Assembly: GCF_009914755.1 (NCBI RefSeq)
Contig: NC_060929.1
DNA length: 64,000 bases
Source of the DNA: the human T2T-CHM13v2.0 reference genome, Homo sapiens
Direction: 5' to 3' (one strand)
Shown in pieces: positions 53,668 to 64,000 of the stretch. Each line of letters begins with the position of its first letter. Position 1 is the first letter of the stretch. The position numbers and the translations under genes are program-made. Under the pieces are notes generated by a model. The model saw only the letters and a program-made list of their open reading frames with translations, was not told the DNA's origin and did not search any database.

Positions 53668-56228
53668 GGTGCTCTGCTTTTAAGGACTCTTGTGATTCCA
53701 TTGGGCCCATCTGGATAATACAGGATAATATCCTCATTTCAACATCCATGATCATAAAATCCTTAATCACATCTTCAAAGTACATTTTGTCATGTAAGGA
53801 AAAATATTCATAGTTTCTGGAGATTTTGATGTGGACATTTTAGAGAGATGGCTGTTAGTTTGCCTATCACAACTTATTTTTTCCCGAATCTACATTGAAT
53901 TTTTTTGGTCATTTTTATATTAAAAAATGAACAGCAAATGTTATTTTAAAAATCAAAGATTCTCAGATTGGTTAAAGAAATAAGCCAAAAAACCTTCTTC
54001 TCATTAAACATATGAAATAACATTAATAACCTCCAACCATGAAATTAGTTTCTTTGTTGAATTGTTAGTGTATATGAACATTAAGTTTAATTGTTGTTCT
54101 TTGGTTTACCTGTTAATGCATATAAATGTTAAGTTTATGATACTGTATTTGATCAAGCATATATTACAAGATGTTGCTTTATGTGTTAATTTTACAAGTT
54201 CCTTATTTTATGGGGTTTTCACTCAATAACTTCATTGTGAATCAAATAAAGTCTTGGAGAAGATACTTTATCCTGAGATGACCTCAATTAATACTAACTT
54301 TGAATGTTAAAGGTCTCATCTATTTTTGTTTTAAAGCAAAGAAATTTACTTCTGATTTAGTAATTATTCCCACAGCACAATATCAAAATTGCAAGTCTCA
54401 GATCATCTTTTATAGAAGCTTTTTAATGATCATTTTAAAAAGCCAATATGGCGAGTGGTTTCTTTGTGAAGATCTTGAATCTATAAGATAAATGAGAATA
54501 ATCAACTGTCCTAATGCTACGCAAATGAGCACTTGTAGCTTGGAAAAAGATTGCAGTACAGCTTCACTAAAAAAGTGCTGTATATCAAGCGATTTAGCAA
54601 ACAGTGGAAATAGCATGTTTGGAAATCTGTGTTAAATGGTTTAAAAAGTGCAGAACATACATCAGTCAAAGATGCATGCAAAGAATTTAAATAAAATTGG
54701 CTTATAAAATATGAATATAGAAAAATAAAACATTTTAAATCATTTTAGATATGATGTAATTTCCAAATAGGTATGGAATTACATTGATACATGGAAAGTA
54801 AAAAGTTATTTTATACAATTTATAATATTTATCGTTTTAATTTGGCCCCAAACTCACTTTCTTTCTCTTTTTAATAGTCTCAATTGGGAAAATACTTGAG
54901 GTTGTCTCATATTCCGGTATATATGTTATATGAGGAGGCATGACTTGTTTTAGGGCTTGTAAGGTAGCAGCAGCTAACAGATGGAATCAGGACTGGGCTA
55001 AGGGAAACATCTCCTCATCCTGGCTTTCTCTGATCAAAGTGTGTTTTCATTTCCCTCTTTCAAAGACTGAGTGGGCGATTAGATTCCTCACAGCCTCTGT
55101 GGTCCCACAGATAGACTGTATAGAAATGCCTGCTATTAGAAGGACCCTGAGGGACCTTCACAATGTCACTGGCTATCCCTTCATCAGCCCTCGAAAGAGA
55201 TTTGAAGGAAGTGAGGGAAGTGGATGTTTGTAGTTTATGGACAGGATCTATGCTATAAAACAGAATTGCTTTTATTACCAACAGCAAAAAGTAACTTGTA
55301 TAAACTTTTGGGGATATGGTTGATATCTTTCCTCTATTTTGTTTTTGCTGTAAAACAAATACGAGGACAAAGTTAGACACATAAAGTAGATAGAAACAAA
55401 TTTAAAACAGACACCGGAAAGCATTTTTTCCCTACTCTGAAAACCATTCGTGTGTAGTGTGGCCAAGGAGACAAGGGTGAAGAATTAAACCGCCAGGTTG
55501 CTGGAGAAGGTTAGCTGACAGAACTGGCATTTGGAGAAGCTGGCTCTTTAAGATGCGAATTGGTTTTCCTAGGCCAAATGCATTTATTCTTCCAAAAATG
55601 TCTTGTGTAATTATTTATTCCACATAAAGCTTCACATGCATGTACTCAATCAGCCCATGGAATGGTTTAGCAGGGTATTGCAGGAAGAGCAAAGGATGAT
55701 AGCATGGAAAGAAATCCAACTAATTCAAGTGGCTGACATAAAGCTACAGCATTTGATTTATTTTTCTCCTACTTAGCTGGGCTATTTTGACCCTTCTTGG
55801 GACTGTTGGGCGTAATCCTTGGGGCTAATGAGTGGTTCCTCTCTCGGCTGTTTTCCTAGGTCCTTTGTGAAATGTAAAGAGCAAGCTCCCTGGCAGAACA
55901 GACCACCTTTCTCCAGCATGTGCTCCAGAAACAAGAGGCCAGGCTATGGTTTACCTCTCCTGGGACCAAGTCCAGCGCAGCCTTTCCTAACTCCATCCTT
56001 CCCAAACTAGAGTTGGGGAGGATGCAAGAAATAATAAATAAAGGTGACAAAATTCTTGTGAACTGCAGAACGATCCTGGCTTAGTTATTCACCGTAATAG
56101 GGGACACAGGAGACGGGACTGGGGAAAATTCAGGGCTCCTTCGTGACATCAATAGAGAAGCTATCAGTCTGTTGTATGACGCTATATTCTAGGCCCCATG
56201 TTGGGAGGGTGGGCGTATTCTATATTTC

Positions 56229-56591
<363 letters not shown>

Positions 56592-57287
56592 CTAAACCTC
56601 AAAACAATCCTAATGTAGGATAGATATTGTTTAGAGTTTTTTGGATGTAAGCAACAACTTATTTTGACAATAAAAGTAATTGATTCCAAGGATGTGGGAT
56701 AGCTCAGATAATTTTGTAAAAACTGAAAAATCAGGCTTAGAAAGAAGATGGAATGGGTCAGCTTCTGGGGTCTAGATTGCAAGAACTGACTCATAGTTTG
56801 ATTAGGGTGCTGCTTGGATGAATGCAAGATCTGTTATCTGCTCTTGTATTATTCTGCTCAAAATTCAAATTTCAGGGATACAGAAATCCAACCCAGGAGA
56901 GCAGAAACTCTTAAGTCCTAGTATGACTTTATGTAATGGTGGTGAGTAATTACCCAAAACAAAACTGGTGGTATGTTGTTAAAAAAAAAATACTTAAAAT
57001 CGAACATAACTTGACTAATACCACACAGCAATTGAGTGGCATCCAGGATAGAAACCCTATTGTTTCTTTGCCCCAAAGGCTACACTTTTTCCCTCCTTTC
57101 CCATGCTACCCCTCATGTTAATTTATGGGCAAGAATCATGTACACTGTTCTGTCATTGCTCGCAACAAAGTGACTAAAGTGAAGGAAGAGATGAAGATTG
57201 GGGGGGCGTGAGAAATAGATATGGTTGGGAAAGGAGATTTCATTTTACTAGCAAAAAATTTTCAAGATGCTTTCCCCAAATGCCTTC

Positions 57288-57910
57288 TTATGTGGTTTGG
57301 ATCTGTGTCCCCACCCAAATCTCATGTTGAAACGTAATCCCCAATGCTGGAGGTGGGGCCTGGTGGGAGGTGACTGGATCATGGGGATGGTTTCTAATGG
57401 TTTAGCACCATCCCCCTCCTGCCGTTCTTGTGATAGAGTTCTCAGTAGATATGCTTATTTAAAAGTGTGTGGCCTGGCCAACGTGGTGAAACCCCATTTC
57501 TACTAAAAATACAAAAATTGGCCTTTTGCAGTGGCACATGCCTGTAATCCCAGCTACTCGGGAGGCTTAGGCAGGAGGATCACTTGAACCTGGGAGGCGG
57601 AGGTTGTGGTGAGCCGAGATCACATCACTGTGCTCTGGTCTGGGCAACAGAGTGAGACTCTGTCTCGAAAAAAAAGAAAAAAAATAGGTGTGGCACCTCC
57701 CCTCCTCTCTCTCTTCCTCCTGCTCTGCTCCGGCCATGTAACACATGCTTGCTATCCCTTCAGCCATGATTGAAAGTTTCCTGAGGCCTCCCCAGAAGCC
57801 ACTATGCTTCCTATACAGCCTGCAGAACCATAAACCAATTAAATGTCTTTTCTTTATAAATTACTCAGTCTCAGGTATTTCTTTATAGCAATACAAGAAC
57901 AGACTAATAC
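57288..57910 (+). mobile_element. MSTA/MSTB LTR interrupted by Alu
   Basis: ggtttggatctgtgtccccacccaaatctcatgttgaa...agaacagactaatac. Confidence 0.88.
57472..57685 (+). mobile_element. Alu, 5'-truncated
   Basis: cctggccaacgtggtgaaacccc...; TSD-like gtgtggc on both sides. Confidence 0.9.
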
Positions 57911-58220
57911 CTTTCTATCTAGGCATCCTTGACATCACCACTGTCTTCTGATTTTACTACTACTTCTTTACTTTCTCTCTCTCTCAGAAGTTGTGACAAA
58001 TCTCCTTTTGTATTTCTAGATGTGGGAAGTTGCCAGGCCTTGGTTCTAGATCGTCTTTTCTTAATCAATTCTCAGCCATACACCAATGATTCGTCATTAG
58101 CTACGGACTACAGGATAAAGTCTAAATGGCTTAGGATGTCCTTCAGTGTCCTTCATACCTGGGCCTTACCCTTCCTAATCATCTTTTTCCTTCATGGTAC
58201 CATCAGTTAAGGCCCATGGG

Positions 58221-58516
<296 letters not shown>

Positions 58517-60444
58517 AGACCCATGGATTTAACTCTTCTTTGTGTTCCAATATACCATTCACATTATGACTTACAACATTTTGTTCATGCTATTCTATCT
58601 TTTGGGAAATTCCTTCTTACTCTTTGCCACGTATCCCAAACTGTCTCATTCTACAAGATCCAGCTCAAGTCCCAGCATTTCCAGGAAATCTCCCACAAGT
58701 CTGCATTTCACTGACCACTCCTTTTCCAAGAGTCTGGGCCATTTGTCTGAGACATCCACTATGGCCCTTAAGCACACACCATCTTATAACATGTGGTTAT
58801 CTTGTTTCTTTGTGGCTGTCTTGCTTGTTTCTTTGAATTATTTGTAAGGTTTTGGAGGGAAAATCATTTTAGGTCTGTGTAATACCCAACAGATGCTCAT
58901 TTAATCAAGTTGTTCCAGAAATAAGAACTGTGTAATGTCTCTTCGAAGAAAAATTACTGTACCAGTTCCCAAACCCAGACTTCTACAGAAGCAGCATGAA
59001 CCTCAGTCCAGGTTTGGATCAAGGATATCCTAATGGGACAAGTCAAGATTGCAGCCAGCTTGCCTCAACAGCTTCTTCAATCTGCTCTCACCCTGGGGGA
59101 GACCTAAGGGGCTCTCTAGAAAAGTGGAGAAAAGCAGAATAAATCAAGAAAGTCCTCCTAGAAGACGGGAAGATACCTCCATGATGATCTCCAGAAACCT
59201 GTTCTGAGGGTTTCCAGTAAAATCATGACTATGATACCACCCACTCCTTGGACAAGGTCCAATTTCCTGTGCTGGTCCATAAGTCTCCACTCTGCAGAGA
59301 GTCAGAATCCTCTCCCTCCCTTCATTCATTCATGGAGTATTTTCTGGCCTTGGCTCTGTGAAGTTTACAGGTTCATAACAGGGTGAAGTCCCAGGTTCTA
59401 GTACATGGTCATGGGTCTTAGGACCCTGCCTTAGGCCTGAAGATCACAAATGCACAAGCCTGAGGCTCTAAATCCACTCCTACAGGAGCAGGTTCCATCA
59501 GTGTAGGGAAGCTGAGGTCAGGTAGAGTGGAAGGAAGGGGGTGGCCTTAGGGTGGAAACCCAGGCAGCTTAAACAGACCAAAAGCCTACTTTTTTTTTTG
59601 GCACATTTTTAGGAACTGGCCATTCACAGCTTCTACTGTTATTTCATCAATGGAACTCACACGTGTAGCAGTAGTTGTCTGGCAAAGGCTACTAATGTTA
59701 ACTTTCCCCATAGCTTGCTCTAAAAATCATGTAAAGCATTTTCCTGTTTTCTTTTGGAAAATGTCTATACTACATCCTGACATTTAAGCTGCAGCCCTAA
59801 TGGGAGTGACTAATGGGAGCTGTTGGTTCTTGGCTATTTCGAAAGTAAGCCAACTTAATCTAGTAATATCTTTTTTAAGGCTCTCAGGAAAAGGAAAAAA
59901 AATGACAATTAAGCAACACAAGCAACTAGTGTACTTTCCTTAAGCATTCTTAGTAAAACAAATGTGTAAGTGTTTTTAAAGTTTTGAAGGTCTGGTTTAA
60001 ATAAAACATTTAACCCTTTGAGAGCCAGGGCTGTAATATGTATTTACAGAAGTACAGGATTGGGGTGGGGTCTACTATGTAGCCGCCAATATTTTGGCAT
60101 TTCAGTGCATACACAAATCTCTGGTTTATAAGATTGGGAGCAGTTACACAGACAGTGGGAGAGACAAAACAAAAAGCAGTGCTTGGATCGTGCTTGGAAA
60201 ATATTTTTGGATTCAAGATGAGCCAAAACCATGGGAACTGGCCTATATCTTAGGGTTTAGAAGAGATCCAAATAGGCCTACCACGTAGTAGAAATATGAA
60301 TAGAACCAGACTGCAACTAGGCAACCAGGGTTCTCGCCTCACCTCGATAGAAACTAGCTTTGCAATGAACTATGTTACAACTCTGGGCCTTACTTTCCCC
60401 ACTTTTAAACTTATAAACAGGATTGGACTTCTAAAGGCCTTTCT

Positions 60445-60737
60445 TTTTTGCTTGTGAGATGGAGTCTTACTCTGTTGCCCAGGCTGGAGTGTAGTGGTGT
60501 GATCTCAGCTCACTGCAACCTCCGCTTCCCAGGTTGAAGCGATTCTCTTGCCTTAGCCTCCTGAGTAGCTGGGATTACAGGCACCTGCCATCATTCCTGG
60601 CTAATTTTTTGTATTTTTAGTAACGATGAGGTTTCACCATGTTGACCAGGCTGGTCTTGAATGACTGGCCTCAAGTGATCCACCTGCGCTGGCCTCCCAA
60701 AGTGCTGGGATTACAGGCATGAGCCACTGTGCCGGCT
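60445..60737 (-). mobile_element. AluS
   Basis: Full dimer; TSD tctaaaggcctttct on both sides. Confidence 0.92.
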
Positions 60738-61139
60738 CTCTAAAGGCCTTTCTAGTGCTGACATTCAACAGCACTAAATCACCTCAAAGGGATGATCAGA
60801 TGCCCATATTCTCCTTATTGGTTGGTTTCCTGGAGGTCTATAGACGGGAGGGCTCCCGCTGCATTTGTAGCTTGACCTTTCCGGGCTGTCGCCCACAATT
60901 CTGTTAAGGGCAGAGTGATGTGGAGACGATAAACGCTCATGACCACACCAGGACTTCTAAAGGTTCAGAGCACTTAGAAAATTTTCCTGGTTGCCATTTA
61001 TCTGGATTTGTTCCTACAATTCCATGAGAAAGCAGTAGTTCCAGGCCATGCTTAGAAAGGAGCTTTGTGTGGATATGTGAGCTCATTCTTCTAATAGTGA
61101 TGATAGTAAGAGGAGTAGAAGGAGGAAGAAGAGCAGCTG

Positions 61140-61305
61140 ACAGTTACTGAATGTGTGCTATCTGCTTGGGCCCTATGCTAATGGCGTTGCCTGTACTATC
61201 TCATTCAATCCTCTCAGCCACAGTGTAAGGAAAGATCATCCTAGGAAAGAAACCAGGTCTCAGAAAAGTTACGTAACTTGTCCAAGGAGACGGAATTGAA
61301 ATTCA
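61140..61305 (-). mobile_element. MIR SINE fragment
   Basis: ctcattcaatcctctcagcca...ggtctcagaaaagttacgtaacttgtccaagg. Confidence 0.6.
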
Positions 61306-61393
61306 GGTCTGACTGATTTGAAAGTTTTTTCTTTTAACTACAAGATAATACTGCCTGAGTGGGTGAATTGAATGATTGAATTGAATTGAATGA

Positions 61394-61959
61394 TATGAAT
61401 AAAAATTCTCTGAAAAGGAATTTGGAGGAGATACTTTATTCCAGTAACAATCTGCAAACTGGGAAGATGCAGCTTTTGGTGTAACATGAAGGTGGTTCCA
61501 GAGCACAAAGAGAAGCTTCAGATTTGATATAGCAAAAGGTCCTACTCAGGTTCCCAGTGAGGACCATTTTTGCAAATGAAGTATTCAAACTTGTTCTGAC
61601 TGGTCAACACAATTGAGTCCTGATTGGTCAATACAGCTGAGCCCTGATTGGCCAGGGTAGATGAGCTCTGATTGGTTGGTTTCCAAGCTCAAAACCAGAA
61701 GTCTCTGTCAGATGCTTTTGTCAAAGGGCCAGGAGGGACCAAGTGTCTGGCCACAGTTTATCTTGGCACCTACAACGGAAACTGGTTTGGCTTGATTGTA
61801 GACAGGGAGGTCCTGTGATACATTTACATCTTTCTAAGAACACAAAGTACATGACCAGTCCTTCACCCAGCCACAGCTGCCTGGTTCTGTTTTAACTCAC
61901 TTCAGTTAGTCATGGGGAATCCATGGGTAATCCATGCTTTCTGTCAGCCAGGGCATACA
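61394..61959 (-). mobile_element. ERV1-type solo LTR (MER67-like, tentative), copy 1
   Basis: Minus strand starts TGTATGCCCTGGCTGACAG; three CCAAT boxes, AATAAA at 61435-61440, LTR-like 3' end. Confidence 0.75.
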
Positions 61960-62053
61960 GGGAATTACATCTTGCCTGGAAATGATCTAGACATTTAATG
62001 AACACCCATCATTTAATTTAGCTTAGCAAAACATCTGACACAGACAGGATACC

Positions 62054-62443
62054 TTGTAGGTGCCAAAATAACCTGTGGCCAGAAACCCTGCCCCCATCAA
62101 CCCTTTGAAAGAAGCATCTGACAGAGACTTCTGGTTTGGGGGTTGGAAACCAACCATTCAGAGCTCACCTGTCCCCACCGCCAATCAGGGCTCAGCTATA
62201 TTGACAAATCAGGACTCAACTGTGTCAACCAGTCAGAACTAAGCAATTTTGAATACTTCATTTGCATAAATGAACCTGATTGGGAACCTGGGCATGACCT
62301 TTTGCTCTAAAATCTGAATCTTCTCTTTGTTTTCTGGAACACACCTTTGTTTCACACTGAAACTATATTTTCTCAGTTTGCAAACTGTTCACTGGTATAA
62401 AGTCTCTTTTCTTCAAATTCCTTTTCAGAGAACTTTCGTCACA
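62054..62443 (+). mobile_element. ERV1-type LTR (same family), copy 2
   Basis: Collinear with the reverse complement of copy 1; ends ...cagagaactttcgtcaca. Confidence 0.75.
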
Positions 62444-64000
62444 TTGTATTTTAGGACTCCACTGCTCTGTACACTGAAATAATTTTGAAGGAGGTGAGAT
62501 CAGAAACATGTACTTCTTATTGATCAAGAAAACCATGGCTTTGTATCTATTTGAGAAAGCAAACGTGTTTTAAAAAAAAATGGAGGCTGGGATGAGATTG
62601 CAGACATGGTTGACACCCTTACTTCCTGTTGGGTAGCAATGAATCTCCAACTTTTCGTCTCTCTCAAGAAGTAAAAGTTCCTCAAGTTTTTCCTTTAGTT
62701 TTTAAAAGGAAAAACAAAAACAAAAAAACACAAAACATTGTGCTGTATTCCAACCTTTCCCAATGGACTTGTCTTTGTCTTTGAACAGCTTCCATAATAC
62801 CATTGAGGTCGCAAAGGTGTGTGATTTAGACTCTTTCCAGTGTTTTGGAGCTTGAAAGAAAGTGGTTGTTTGAATAAATTATGTTCTTGTGGACTATTGT
62901 AAACTAGGAGTACAAATGAGCCAACAATGGCATAGCAAGGAGTGAATGGGTTACTGTCTTTTGAAGAGAAAAGATGTATTCAGATTTCCAGTCAATTCTC
63001 GAGGAATGTATTTCTGAACTATTAAATTGAACCACATACAATTGCCATTTTGTAGGTTAAACATGGCCAAATAACAGCAAATTCATATGCTTCAATTAAT
63101 ATATGAATTACCTTGTTCCCCTAAAGGTTTGTAGGACTCTAGTAGACTGATGCTCTATAATTTTTAGTGTATTTCCCATCCTCAACCCCACACGTTTATT
63201 CTCTGAACCAGGAAGGCAATTAATGCAAAATAAAACCCTAAAGTATTTAAAAGAGAAAGACTGTATGAATTATCCTGTTTAGTATTCCTAGATAATGCAA
63301 AAAGGAAGATGTTTGAATTTAGTGTAACTCTAAACGTTTTGTCCCTGAATTTCATTCAATGTTCACGTGCAAAAATATCCAACTTTTATCTACTACAAGT
63401 AGCGAAAGCAAAAGGTACTAAATAGAGCTACATTTTTTAAAGCTCCAAATTTAAATACAAGTAGAAACAGAATTCATGTCAGCTAAAGACCAAATTATTA
63501 CTTATTAACTAATACATATGCCCAGTGGATTTGGTTTATGTGTTTGGGCTTACATCACACCTTTCTCTCCTGCAAGGTTTTCTATAACTTAGCCAAGGTA
63601 GTTTCTGGAGCAAATGGGACATTCATGGGAATGACAAAATAGTGCAGAAAATGTCATTAGCAGTTCGTTATGAGACAGACAAATTCATTCTGATTTTGTC
63701 AGTGTTCACAGTAAAAAAATGGCAACAAAGCTACCAAAGGTACCTGAGACATTTCCTCCTGGAAGGAGTGTCTTGCAGTGGTCATTTCCTTCTACTTCAT
63801 TCTTCTCTTAAACCCCTCATCATTTTTTATCTTCTACGTAAAGCACCTAAAGATGTGGATTCTCAAACTTCTTTAAGAGCCAGTTAAAGGTAAATTAAAT
63901 GTTGTTGCTCAACTTTCAAGGCTAGAGTCAAATTTGGTTCCAGGTAATTTCATATTACAATACTCATGCTGTACCAATAATAGATGCCAGATGAAACTGA

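Noticed and set aside
58996-59142. 48-aa ORF with good Kozak context (MNLSPGLDQGYPNG...)
   Set aside because: Length expected by chance; no homology recognised and no promoter evidence
63080-63109. 9-bp-arm hairpin aattcatat/atatgaatt
   Set aside because: Expected by chance in AT-rich 64 kb

Overview
Primate (human-like) genomic DNA, judged from AluY/S/J, THE1/MST/MLT MaLR LTRs, L1PB/L1M and an HML-6 (HERV-K3) provirus. Much of the window is transposon-derived. I could not identify a host protein-coding gene: the listed ORFs are Alu-, L1- or ERV-derived, low-complexity, or chance ORFs. Main structures: a small CpG-rich promoter-like patch (~8.25-8.45 kb); a near full-length L1PB1-type LINE (36.1-42.5 kb, minus); a 2.2-kb multiply deleted HML-6 provirus with an intact 6-bp TSD; a head-to-head pair of same-family ERV1-type LTRs forming a long inverted repeat (61.4-62.4 kb); several nested TE stacks; a CTCF-like motif; and local template-switch-type micro-rearrangements. 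I found no evidence for a new multi-gene system. Repeat subfamily names are recalled from consensus sequences and need Dfam/RepeatMasker confirmation.
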